A stretch of DNA of 64,000 bases from Planctomycetia bacterium (GCA_037129475.1 JBAXUY010000003.1:8398-72397); one strand, 5' to 3'; shown: positions 30,541 through 39,448, counted from the first letter of the stretch. Program-made: numbers and translations. The notes: generated from the letters alone by a model not told the origin.

Positions 30541-31973
30541 CGTCGCTGCGCATGATCGGCAAGGCTGCGTTTGTGGTCATGCTCGGCGCGTGGGCCGCAC
30601 TGGCCACGGCAGCCGAGCGGCCCAACATCATCCTCATGCTGGCCGACGACCAAGGCTGGAACGGCCTGTCCGTCGAGATGGCCCCCGGCGTACCCGGGTC
30701 GCGCGGCGCAATCTTCCACACGCCCAACCTTGAACAGCTCGCTGCGCAGGGGATGCGGTTTTCGAACGCCTACGCGCCGGCCCCCGTCTGCTCGCCCACG
30801 CGGATCAGCCTCCAGACGGGCAGAAGCCCCGCGGCGCTCCACTGGACGAAGGCGGCCCCGCCGGAACGCGGCCACATGCTCTTGGAGCCGACGCTGATCA
30901 AAGCGATCGCGGCCGACGAGACGACGATCGGCGAGATACTGCGGAAGGCAGGCTACGCCACAGCCCACTACGGCAAGTGGCACATCGCCGGGGGCGGCCC
31001 GGGCCAGCACGGGTACGACGAGCACGACGGCGACACGGGCAATGAAAACGCCTACCAGTTCACCGACCCCAATCCCGTCGACATCTTCGGGATGGCCAAG
31101 CGGGCCGAGGCGTTCATGGCCCGAAGCCGTCGCGAGGGAAAACCGTTCTTCATCCAGCTCTCGTGGAACGCGCTCCACGCCTCTGAAAACGCCCTCCAGG
31201 CGACGCTCGCCAAATATCAAAAACAGTTGGGCGGGACGAACGATAAGCGGACGACTGTCGCCGCGATCACCGAGGACCTCGACACCGGCGTGGGCAGGGT
31301 GATGGATGCGGTCGATCGGCTCGGTCTCTCGGGCACGACATACGTAATCTATATGTCGGACAACGGCGGGGGCGGCAAGGGTGGCGGTCGGAACGCAGGC
31401 CTGAGCGGCGGCAAAGGATCGGTGTGGGAGGGGGGCATCCGTGTGCCCTTCATCGTGCGCGGGCCGGGCGTCGCCGCGAATTCCTGGTGCCACGTTCCGA
31501 TCGTGGGCTACGACCTGTTTCCAACGTTCTGCGCGTGGGCTGGCGTGCCGCCGACGTCGCTGCCCAACGCGCTTGAAGGCGGGAGCATCGCGGGCTTGCT
31601 GGCTTCCGGCGGCAACGGGATGGTGGCACGTCCGCGGGAGGAGCTCATCTTCCACTTCCCGCACTACCAGTCGGGCAATACGCCGCACTCCGCGATCCGC
31701 CTCGGCAACCTGAAGCTGATCAAGATGTACGAGGACGACAGCGTGCGGCTCTTCGATCTCGACGCCGACCTGGAAGAGCGCGACGACCTCGCCGCGCGCA
31801 GGCCTGCGGATGTTGCCCGGCTGCGCGGGAGGCTCGAGGACTACCTCGACACGGTGCACGCCCAACTGCCGACCAGTAATCCACAGTTCGATCCTGACGC
31901 CGCACCCGCGCAGGAGCGACGCGGCGGCGGGGGCGGCATGAAGGGCAGAAAGAATCCGAGGAGGCCGGCATGA
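30537..31973 (+). CDS. Cys-type sulfatase (arylsulfatase A family)
   Basis: Signal peptide. PNIILMLADDQGWN, APAPVCSPTRISLQTGR (C-x-P-x-R formylglycine motif), GKWH. Confidence 0.9.
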   Translation: MTSLRMIGKAAFVVMLGAWAALATAAERPNIILMLADDQGWNGLSVEMAPGVPGSRGAIFHTPNLEQLAAQGMRFSNAYAPAPVCSPTRISLQTGRSPAALHWTKAAPPERGHMLLEPTLIKAIAADETTIGEILRKAGYATAHYGKWHIAGGGPGQHGYDEHDGDTGNENAYQFTDPNPVDIFGMAKRAEAFMARSRREGKPFFIQLSWNALHASENALQATLAKYQKQLGGTNDKRTTVAAITEDLDTGVGRVMDAVDRLGLSGTTYVIYMSDNGGGGKGGGRNAGLSGGKGSVWEGGIRVPFIVRGPGVAANSWCHVPIVGYDLFPTFCAWAGVPPTSLPNALEGGSIAGLLASGGNGMVARPREELIFHFPHYQSGNTPHSAIRLGNLKLIKMYEDDSVRLFDLDADLEERDDLAARRPADVARLRGRLEDYLDTVHAQLPTSNPQFDPDAAPAQERRGGGGGMKGRKNPRRPA

Positions 31974-33622
31974 GCGGACCGTGCGGACGGTGGGCATGGA
32001 CGATGGCCGTGATCGCAGCGGCTGGGCTCGCCCCGGGGGCGGCCGAGGCGCATCCTTGGCACCGGCATCGGGCGGATGAACCGGACACTGCCCACGACCA
32101 CGACGCAGAGACTGCCGCGGCCGTGTCACAGCCGGCCGATCCACGGATCATTCTCACCGCCGCGCCGCGGAAGCCCGCCAGCGACGGCATCGACATCGCC
32201 GACGCCTTCGCCCCGTTCGAGAAGCTGAAGGCGGTCGCCACGCGCCGCGACAACAAGTGGTTTTACGTCGAATCGAACGGCATCCCTGACCATCCGTTGA
32301 TGATCGGCATCCGCACGTGGCAGCAGCAGGTGCCGCTGCCGCAGAAATACACGGGCGACAACGCGTGGCAGATTCCGCTCCAGCCGGTGCCGGCGAAGGA
32401 GCCGGCCTCGACGAAGAACCGGTTCCTCCGCGGCGCGATCGCGCTGGCGGTGAACGGCATTCCGATCTTCAATCCGCTCAACAACCGCGGCGAGGATGCG
32501 CTGGCGATCGGCGAACTCGACGATTACGGCGGCCACTGCGGCCGGGCCGACGATTACCACTACCACGTGGCTCCGCTGCACCTCGAAAAGGTCGTGGGCA
32601 AGGGGATGCCGATCGCCTACGCCCTCGACGGCTATCCCGTGTATGGCTCCACCGAGCCGGATGGCTCGCCGATGAAGCCGCTCGATGCGTGCGGCGGGCA
32701 CGAGGAAGGCGACGGCGCCTACCACTACCACGCGATCGACAAGTATCCGTACCTGATTGGTGCCTTCCGCGGCGAGGTGGTCGAGCGGGATGGGCAGGTC
32801 GATCCGCAGCCGCGGGCGGAGCCGGTACGGCCGGCGCTCGGACCGCTCCGCGGGGCCACGATCGTGGGGTTCGAGTCGCCTGCAGCCGACACCCGCAAGG
32901 TGGTCTACGAGGTGAGCGGCCGGAAGGGGTCCGTCGCCTACAACGTCGCCCAGGATGGCACAGCCGCGTTCACGTTCACCGACCCGTCGGGCCGCGTCAC
33001 GACCGAAACCTACTCGCCCCGGCAGCGCGGCCCCGGCGGCGGGCCACGCCGCGAGGGTGGCGGGCCACAGCAGCGCCCCGGCCCACCGCCACGGCCCGGT
33101 GAGCGGCCGCCTCGCGACGCGGGAGCTGGCGATCCACCGCGTTCGCAGGTTGCGCGACTCGCAGCGAAACAGATCGCCGTCACCAGCCCGGCAGTCGGCC
33201 CCGGCGGTCCATTTCCAGTGGAATACACCTGCGACGGCGCCGGGATCTCGCCGCCGGTGGAGTGGGAGGCTGGCCCGAGCGGCACGAAGTCGTATGCGCT
33301 CGCGCTCTGGCACGAGACGCCGGACAGCGTGAAGTCGTACTGGGTCGTGTACCGCATTCCGGCGAGCGTGACGAAGCTGCCAAAAGACTCGCGATCGATC
33401 GGCGTGATTGGGCTCAACGGCAAGCGACGGGCTGAGTACGACCCGATGTGTTCGAAGGGGCCCGGGCTGAAGGAGTATCACATCACCGTGTACGCCTTGT
33501 CGGCCGAGCCCCAACTGCGTCCTGAGCATGCGACCCGGGAAGCGCTGCTCGAGGTGATCGCGAAGACGGCACTCGCGGAAGGGACGCTGACCTACGCCTA
33601 CGAACGAAAGGGTCAACGGTGA
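31970..33622 (+). CDS. Secreted YHYH-domain / PEBP (YbhB/YbcL-type) fusion protein
   Basis: N-half: YGGHCGRADDYHYHVAP...GYPVYG...CGGHEEGDGAYHYHA (YHYH domain). A Gly/Arg/Pro-rich linker follows. C-half: GISPPVEWEAGPSGTKSYALALWH...YWVVYRIPASV...EYHITVYAL (PEBP-like). ATGA overlap with the upstream gene and GTGA overlap with the downstream gene. Confidence 0.68.
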   Translation: MSGPCGRWAWTMAVIAAAGLAPGAAEAHPWHRHRADEPDTAHDHDAETAAAVSQPADPRIILTAAPRKPASDGIDIADAFAPFEKLKAVATRRDNKWFYVESNGIPDHPLMIGIRTWQQQVPLPQKYTGDNAWQIPLQPVPAKEPASTKNRFLRGAIALAVNGIPIFNPLNNRGEDALAIGELDDYGGHCGRADDYHYHVAPLHLEKVVGKGMPIAYALDGYPVYGSTEPDGSPMKPLDACGGHEEGDGAYHYHAIDKYPYLIGAFRGEVVERDGQVDPQPRAEPVRPALGPLRGATIVGFESPAADTRKVVYEVSGRKGSVAYNVAQDGTAAFTFTDPSGRVTTETYSPRQRGPGGGPRREGGGPQQRPGPPPRPGERPPRDAGAGDPPRSQVARLAAKQIAVTSPAVGPGGPFPVEYTCDGAGISPPVEWEAGPSGTKSYALALWHETPDSVKSYWVVYRIPASVTKLPKDSRSIGVIGLNGKRRAEYDPMCSKGPGLKEYHITVYALSAEPQLRPEHATREALLEVIAKTALAEGTLTYAYERKGQR

Positions 33623-35169
33623 GAGTGGTCGCACGAGTGATCCTCCTGGCAGTCGCCACCCTTGTGGCCTGGCCGGTTACTGGCCTGGCGGCCCCGCCGC
33701 GGTCCCCGAATTTCCTCGTGATCCTCATGGACGACATGGGGTGGCGCGATGTGGGCTTCATGGGCAACACGTTCGTCGAAACGCCAAACATCGACCGCCT
33801 GGCCAAGACGGGCGTCGTGTTCACGCAGTCGTATGCGAGCGCCCCGAACTGCGCGCCGACGCGGGCCTGCCTGATGTCGGGGCAATGGACGCCGCGGCAC
33901 GGCATCTACACCGTCGTCGACCCGCGGCAGCCGGCCGGATCCGCTTGGCACAAACTCGTCGGGGCGCACAGCGAATCGGAACTAGCGACGGAGGTCGTCA
34001 CGCTCCCCGAGGCACTGAAATCACACGGCTACGCCACGGCGTTCGTGGGGATGTGGAACCTCGGCCGCGGCCGATCCGGCCCGCGCACACCGGGCGGCCA
34101 GGGGTTCGACACGGTCGTATTTCCCGAGAACGTCGGATTCGGGAAGGACGCCTACTTCGACGACCAGGGAAACTATCTGAGTGACCGGCTGACCGATGAG
34201 ACGCTCGCGTTCGTTGCCAAGAACCGCGACCGGCCGTTCTTCGTGTATCTGGCCGACCACGCTGTCCATGCCCCCTACGACCCGAAGCCCGATCTCCTGG
34301 CGAAGTATAAGCGGAAGGCGAAGACAGACGCTGATCGCCGCAACGACCCGGCTTATGCCGCCACGATCGAGGCGGTCGATCAGAACGTGGGGCGGCTCGT
34401 TTCCGTCCTCGCCAAACTCGGCCTTGCCGACGACACCTACGTGATCTTCACGAGCGACAACGGCGGCACGCCGCAGTACACGGCGCCGCTCAATGGCAGC
34501 AAGGGCCAGCTCTACGAGGGTGGCATCCGCGTGCCGCTCGTCGTCACGGGGCCTGCCGTCGCGAAGAAGGGGGCGACGAGCGACATGCCCGTGGCGAGCA
34601 TCGATCTCTACCCGACGCTTCTCGAACTCGCGGGCGCGGCTGCGCCGCAGGGGCAGAAGCTCGACGGGGTGAGCTGGGCCGCCGTACTTCGCGGCGAGCG
34701 TCCGCCGCCGCGCGACCGCATGTTTTGGCACTTTCCGTGTTACGTTGGCAAGGCAACGCCAGCGAGTGCGATCCGCGAGGGCGAGTTCAAGCTCGTCGAG
34801 TTCTTCGAGGATGGAGGCCACGTCGAGCTCTACAACCTGCACGACGACCCCGGCGAGAAGCGCGACCTAGCCGGCAGCATGCCCGACAAGGCCCAAGCCC
34901 TCACGACGGCACTGCACGCCTGGCAGCAGGAAACGCGGGCCGCCATCCCGAACACCCAGAACCCGGCCTACGACCCCGCGGCCGAGCGGCCGCGGGGAGG
35001 TGGAGGCAACGGCGGCCGCGAACGTGATCGACGACCGCGAAAACAGGGTTCAGCCGCCGTAGGCGGACGCCGTGGTGGACCGGGCCAGATCGGCCTCGAG
35101 CGGCCGGTGCGGTCGGATGCCGAGCGCCGCGAGTTCGCCGTGGTAGGCCCGCACACCCTCCCCGGCTGA
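33619..35169 (+). CDS. Cys-type sulfatase with long Gly/Arg-rich C-terminal tail
   Basis: GTG start overlapping the upstream stop. Signal peptide. PNFLVILMDDMGW, SAPNCAPTRACLMSGQ (CxPxR). The tail runs 120 nt into the convergent gene. Confidence 0.85.
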   Translation: MRVVARVILLAVATLVAWPVTGLAAPPRSPNFLVILMDDMGWRDVGFMGNTFVETPNIDRLAKTGVVFTQSYASAPNCAPTRACLMSGQWTPRHGIYTVVDPRQPAGSAWHKLVGAHSESELATEVVTLPEALKSHGYATAFVGMWNLGRGRSGPRTPGGQGFDTVVFPENVGFGKDAYFDDQGNYLSDRLTDETLAFVAKNRDRPFFVYLADHAVHAPYDPKPDLLAKYKRKAKTDADRRNDPAYAATIEAVDQNVGRLVSVLAKLGLADDTYVIFTSDNGGTPQYTAPLNGSKGQLYEGGIRVPLVVTGPAVAKKGATSDMPVASIDLYPTLLELAGAAAPQGQKLDGVSWAAVLRGERPPPRDRMFWHFPCYVGKATPASAIREGEFKLVEFFEDGGHVELYNLHDDPGEKRDLAGSMPDKAQALTTALHAWQQETRAAIPNTQNPAYDPAAERPRGGGGNGGRERDRRPRKQGSAAVGGRRGGPGQIGLERPVRSDAERREFAVVGPHTLPG

Positions 35170-36120
35170 CACGTCACCGTCGGCCACCGCCCGCAGGATC
35201 TTTACGAACGCCAGTTGGTGTTCGGCGGCGTTGATCTTGCGTCCGAAGAGGGCCACCCGGGCGCCGTGCCGCTTCGCGTCGGCGACGAGGCCGAAGGCAT
35301 CGTGGGTCGTACCCGCCCCGCCGCCGAGGATTCCGACGACGACGGAACGGTCGTAGGCGGCGAGCTGCTCGGTGACCTCGGGCCCGAGAAACGGAATCTT
35401 GAGAAAGATCGGCCGTCCGGCACGCGGCACGCCGGCAAGCAAACGCGCCACGTGGTCGGCGAGGAAGCGGGCGACGTCCTTCGGTTTCTCACCGGCCGGC
35501 CGGCCCGGCACCCGGTCGAGCGCATTCGGAAAGAACACTTCGAGAAAGTGCCGGAAGCCCGCGCGCTCGGCCTCGATCCGAAACGCCTTGTAGGCCTCGA
35601 GCATCGCCCGGTCGAGCGCGGCGTCGTCGTTGAGCGTGAGCGAGAACAAGCCGAGGTTCGCGCCGCGGTCGGGCTCGGCATGCGAGCCGTCAATGCGTCC
35701 GGTGCGAGCCTGGGCGATCGTCGTCGTGGAGAAGGGCAGGGCAGGCTGCCGGGTGTAGCTGCCGGTGCCGGCGGCGAGCCAGATGTCGGTGGTGTCGTTC
35801 ATCCGCACGGCGGGCGTGACGGCCGTGCCGGCGAAGATATTTTCTTCGATCGCGATCACCTCGCTCGTGCTCGCGCTCATGAGCATGATGTCGACGAGCC
35901 CCTGCCGCACGAGGGCCCGGATGTTGTCGCGGTAGTTGCTGATCGAGCGAAACGGCCCGCGGTTGGCGACGCCGCCGGGAGCCAGTCCGGGGGCCGCGAG
36001 GCCAAACGCCATGTCGGCGTCTTTCGCATCGGCCAGGATAAAGTCGCGGCAGCCGGGATCCGCCACGATCCGGGCGAGTTTCAGGTCGAGCGATTTCTGC
36101 GCGGGTTTCATGGTCGCCAT
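35050..36120 (-). CDS. Aldolase-like (beta/alpha)8 barrel protein, family uncertain (DeoC/FbaB/LsrF-like pattern)
   Basis: 356 aa. ILADAKDADMAFG, MLMSAST, FLKIPFLG, GILGGGAGTTHDAF...GARVALFGRKIN resembles class I aldolase C-terminal motifs. Assignment is tentative. Confidence 0.45.
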   Translation of the reverse strand: MATMKPAQKSLDLKLARIVADPGCRDFILADAKDADMAFGLAAPGLAPGGVANRGPFRSISNYRDNIRALVRQGLVDIMLMSASTSEVIAIEENIFAGTAVTPAVRMNDTTDIWLAAGTGSYTRQPALPFSTTTIAQARTGRIDGSHAEPDRGANLGLFSLTLNDDAALDRAMLEAYKAFRIEAERAGFRHFLEVFFPNALDRVPGRPAGEKPKDVARFLADHVARLLAGVPRAGRPIFLKIPFLGPEVTEQLAAYDRSVVVGILGGGAGTTHDAFGLVADAKRHGARVALFGRKINAAEHQLAFVKILRAVADGDVSAGEGVRAYHGELAALGIRPHRPLEADLARSTTASAYGG

Positions 36121-36166
36121 GCTACCGCGGCCCTGCCGGGCCTCGTGGGCGATCTGCTATGACGCG

Positions 36167-36182
36167 TAACGTTTTTACGTTA
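36167..36182. promoter_or_regulatory. Palindrome TAACGT-TTTT-ACGTTA in divergent promoter region (candidate operator)
   Basis: Read directly in an A/T-enriched stretch between the aldolase-like start (36120) and the isomerase start (36262). A further half-site-like GTAAAACG lies at ~36187. Confidence 0.3.
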
Positions 36183-36261
36183 TTCGGTAAAACGGGGCGG
36201 GTACGGTGAGGGCCTGCGGCGGACGTGCTGCCGCATCACCACCACCGCAAGGACCCGTCGC

Positions 36262-37299
36262 ATGGCAGCCTCGTCGTATCGCTTCTCGATCGGCCCCTGG
36301 AACCTTGGCCAGGGAGCCGACCCGTTCGGCCCACCCGTGCGGCCCGCCGTGCCCTTCGACCAAGTGCTCGACACGGCGGTGAGTCTCGGCTTCGAGGGCA
36401 TCCAGTTTCACGACGACGACGCGGTGCCCGACCTCGAGACGCTCGCGCCTGCCCAGATCGTGAAGCACGCCGAGGCGATGCGGAAGCGGCTCGCCGACCG
36501 GGGCCTCGTGGCAGAGTTTGTGGCGCCGCGGCTCTGGGAGCATGCCCGCGGCATCGACGGCGGCTACACCTCGAACGACTCCGCCGCGCGGACCTGGGCG
36601 ATCGAGCGGTCGAAGCGGGCCGTGGACGTGGCCCTGGCCCTCGGCACCGACCTGATCGTGATGTGGCCGGCCCGCGAGGGCACGGCCGTGCGGGAGAGCA
36701 AGAATCCGATCGAGGCCTCGCGGCAGATGCTCGCGGCGATCGACGCGATCCTCGGGGCCCATCCCCGTGCACGGATCGCGATCGAGCCCAAGCCGAACGA
36801 GCCGGTCGATCACGCGTTCGTCCCCACGATCGGCCATGCGCTGGCGCTCGGCGCCCGCTCCGCCGACCCGGCCCGCGTGGGTGTGCTCATCGAAAGCGCC
36901 CACGCGACCCTCGCCGGCCTCGACGCCTCCGACGAGATGGGATTCGCGCTCGCCGCCGGCAAGCTCTGGAGCGTGCACCTGAACGACCAGAACGGCCTCA
37001 AGTTCGACCAAGACAAGGTCTTCGGGGCGGCGAACCTCCGTGGCGCATTCGACCAGGTGCGGGTGCTCGAGGCGGCGGGCTACGGTGCATCGGGTGCATT
37101 CGTCGGCTTCGACGTCAAGGCACAGCGCACGCAGCCGGCCGACAAGGCCACCGCTCACCTCGCCACGAGCAAGGCGATCTTCCTGAAGCTCGTCGACAAG
37201 GTCCGCTCGTATCCCACGCAAGTCGCCGAGCAGTGCATCCTCGCCCGTGACTACGAGGCCCTCGAGCGGCTCGTCCTCGAGCATCTCCTCTCCGCGTAG
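36262..37299 (+). CDS. Xylose-isomerase-family TIM-barrel sugar isomerase
   Basis: YRFSIGPWNLGQGADPFG..., IEPKPNEP, WSVHLNDQNG resemble actinobacterial-type xylose isomerase motifs. Substrate unknown. Confidence 0.72.
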   Translation: MAASSYRFSIGPWNLGQGADPFGPPVRPAVPFDQVLDTAVSLGFEGIQFHDDDAVPDLETLAPAQIVKHAEAMRKRLADRGLVAEFVAPRLWEHARGIDGGYTSNDSAARTWAIERSKRAVDVALALGTDLIVMWPAREGTAVRESKNPIEASRQMLAAIDAILGAHPRARIAIEPKPNEPVDHAFVPTIGHALALGARSADPARVGVLIESAHATLAGLDASDEMGFALAAGKLWSVHLNDQNGLKFDQDKVFGAANLRGAFDQVRVLEAAGYGASGAFVGFDVKAQRTQPADKATAHLATSKAIFLKLVDKVRSYPTQVAEQCILARDYEALERLVLEHLLSA

Positions 37300-37309
37300 G
37301 ACACCGACC

Positions 37310-38500
37310 ATGACGGCCAGGGACGTGCCTGATGGAACGAAGCCACCGCTGGTTGCGGTGATCCTCGATGCCGCGCGGCCATACGACCGGCTGATCATCG
37401 GCGGTGTCGCCCAGTATGCGCGGGAGCACGGGCGTTGGAGCCTCTACGTGGAGGAGGACCCGCTCGAAAAACTTCCCGATCTCAAACGCTGGCACGGGGA
37501 GGGCGTGATCGCCAATTTTGACGACCGCCGGGTGGCCGCTGCGATTCGCGACCTGGGGATCCCTGTCGTAGGCGTGGGCGGCGGCTACGGCTGGTATGAC
37601 GGGGCATCGCGCATTCCCTACGTCTACACCGACAACGAAGCGATCGGCCGTCTGGGTGCGGACCACCTGCTGGCGTGCGGATTCGAGCAGCTCGCATTCT
37701 GTGGGTACCCGAAATCGACTATCGCCGGCTGGTCGGCGGAGCGGGCTGATGCATTCCGTTCCGTGGCCGACGCACGCGGACGCCCGTGCCATGTCTTCAC
37801 CGGCCGCGTCGGCATGGCCCGACGGTGGGAGGAGATGCAGGCGGAGTTGCGCGATTGGCTCGCGAATCTTCCGAAGCCGGTCGGCCTGATGGCGTGCAAC
37901 GACGTCCGGGCCCGTCACGTTTTGGAGGCCTGCCGCGGTGCGGGGTTCCGGGTGCCGCACGACGTGGCCGTGATCGGGGTCGACAACGACGAGATGATCT
38001 GCGACCTCACCGACCCACCGCTCTCGAGCGTCGATCAGTCGGCCCGACGGATCGGCTACGAGGCGGCGGCGCTTCTCGACAAACTCATGCTCGGTGCGGC
38101 AGTGGCCGAACGCCGCGTGGTCGTGCCACCGATCGGCGTCGTCGCCAGGACGTCCACCGACACCCTCGCGACCGACGATGCGGAGGTGGTGCAGGCGCTC
38201 CAGTCGCTCCGCGTCGATCCCTGGCACAAGCCTCGCGTGGATGAACTCGCAGCGGCTGCTGGGATCTCGCGGTCAAGCCTCGAAAACCGCTTTCGGGCCG
38301 CGGTCGGCCGCTCGATCCACGAAGAGCATGTGCGGCTGCGGCTGGCTGGCACGCGGAAGCTGATCGTAGAGACCGACCTGCCGCTGAAGGCTGTCGCCAT
38401 ACGGGCGGGGTTTCCGTCGCTGCAATACATGACAACGTTCGTGCGGCGGCACACGGGCCTCACCCCGGCAAGGCTACGTGCCGTCGAGCGGGCCCGGTGA
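37310..38500 (+). CDS. XylR-like regulator (periplasmic-binding-protein fold + AraC-type HTH)
   Basis: N-terminal sugar-binding-like domain. C-terminal ...AAAAGISRSSLENRFRAAVGRSIHEE...AVAIRAGFPSLQYMTTFVRRHTGLTPARLR (AraC HTH). Start at MTARD (37310). Confidence 0.8.
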   Translation: MTARDVPDGTKPPLVAVILDAARPYDRLIIGGVAQYAREHGRWSLYVEEDPLEKLPDLKRWHGEGVIANFDDRRVAAAIRDLGIPVVGVGGGYGWYDGASRIPYVYTDNEAIGRLGADHLLACGFEQLAFCGYPKSTIAGWSAERADAFRSVADARGRPCHVFTGRVGMARRWEEMQAELRDWLANLPKPVGLMACNDVRARHVLEACRGAGFRVPHDVAVIGVDNDEMICDLTDPPLSSVDQSARRIGYEAAALLDKLMLGAAVAERRVVVPPIGVVARTSTDTLATDDAEVVQALQSLRVDPWHKPRVDELAAAAGISRSSLENRFRAAVGRSIHEEHVRLRLAGTRKLIVETDLPLKAVAIRAGFPSLQYMTTFVRRHTGLTPARLRAVERAR

Positions 38501-38510
38501 CGAGGCGGGC

Positions 38511-38536
38511 GGCCTGCCGGCCCAGTACGGCAGGCC
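38511..38536. terminator. GC-rich hairpin between convergent xylR-like and methyltransferase genes
   Basis: GGCCTGCCG-N8-CGGCAGGCC, a perfect 9-bp stem. No clear U-tract. Confidence 0.35.
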
Positions 38537-38554
38537 AGTACGGTCTGCCGACGG

Positions 38555-39238
38555 TCAGTGAAACTGATACAGCGTCGTCACGATCACGCCGCCATGTTCC
38601 GGCACGGCGCAGAGCTGCCGCCGGGCAACGGCCGGAAGGTTAAAAGGTGGCTGCATGAGATCGACGCCGCTGCCCAAGCCCAGCCGAGTGTGGCCTCCGG
38701 TCGGCCTATCGATGTTGGGCGTGAACCGCTCCGCGGCAGGCAGGTGTTCGGTGCAGATCAGATATCGGCAACTGAGAGGAATGGCAGTCGCGAAACGGGC
38801 GATGCACTCGTTGGAGAGGTGCTGAAGCACCTGTCGCACCATTCCGACGTCTGCCCGGGGCAGGGGATCACGGCTGATGTCGAGCTTCCGAAAATCGACG
38901 TTGAAGTGCTGAAACCTTGCCCTGTGGTGGTCGATCATCGGCCCGACCACGTCGCAGGCGGTGTAGTGGTCGAACAGATGTCGGATGCGCGAGCCCACGA
39001 AAAAGTCACCGCAGCCAAGATCCAACCCGTTCGGCTTGAACGGCAACGACCGCACGAACGCCTCGACACTCGCGATATACGGCTCGACGATGGCCGGATC
39101 ACGCGACCCACTGCCGGAGAAATATCGGTCCTGAGGATCGGGCGACCGTCCCCAGTGGCCGTGCGCATAGATCCTCGTGAAGATTGTTTCGTTCGAGGAA
39201 CGGTCGGGAGAGTGGCTTGGGGCGTTCACTGGAATCAA
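38555..39238 (-). CDS. Class I SAM-dependent methyltransferase (start uncertain)
   Basis: LDLGCGDFFVGSRI (motif I), MVRQVLQHL. The track ORF extends to 39526, but that extension is antisense to a pseudogene remnant and overlaps the LacI gene. TTG/GTG candidates lie at ~39238/39229. Confidence 0.55.
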   Translation of the reverse strand: MIPVNAPSHSPDRSSNETIFTRIYAHGHWGRSPDPQDRYFSGSGSRDPAIVEPYIASVEAFVRSLPFKPNGLDLGCGDFFVGSRIRHLFDHYTACDVVGPMIDHHRARFQHFNVDFRKLDISRDPLPRADVGMVRQVLQHLSNECIARFATAIPLSCRYLICTEHLPAAERFTPNIDRPTGGHTRLGLGSGVDLMQPPFNLPAVARRQLCAVPEHGGVIVTTLYQFH

Positions 39239-39331
39239 TGAGAACTGCGAACTGGCTCGTATAACGCAATCTATCCTCCGGGCCGGCCGAGAGCTGCGCG
39301 GGGCGAAGCCAGGGACGTAAATAAACCCGCC

Positions 39332-39448
39332 CAGGACCTCGGCTGGGGAGCCGACCCGTTCGGCCCGCCGTGCCGTTCGACCACGTTCGTCCGCCGTCAT
39401 ACCGGCCTCACGGCAGCGCGGCTCCGCGCGGTCGACTGTAGCCGGTAA
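39332..39448 (+). pseudogene. Deletion scar: 5' fragment of a xylose-isomerase-family paralog fused to the 3' end of a XylR-like paralog
   Basis: 39350-39383 matches 36316-36362 (GCCGACCCGTTCGGCCC...GCCGTGCC[G/C]TTCGACCA) apart from a 13-nt gap. 39384-39448 aligns with 38436-38500 and translates TTFVRRHTGLTAARLRAVD versus TTFVRRHTGLTPARLRAVE. Confidence 0.65.
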
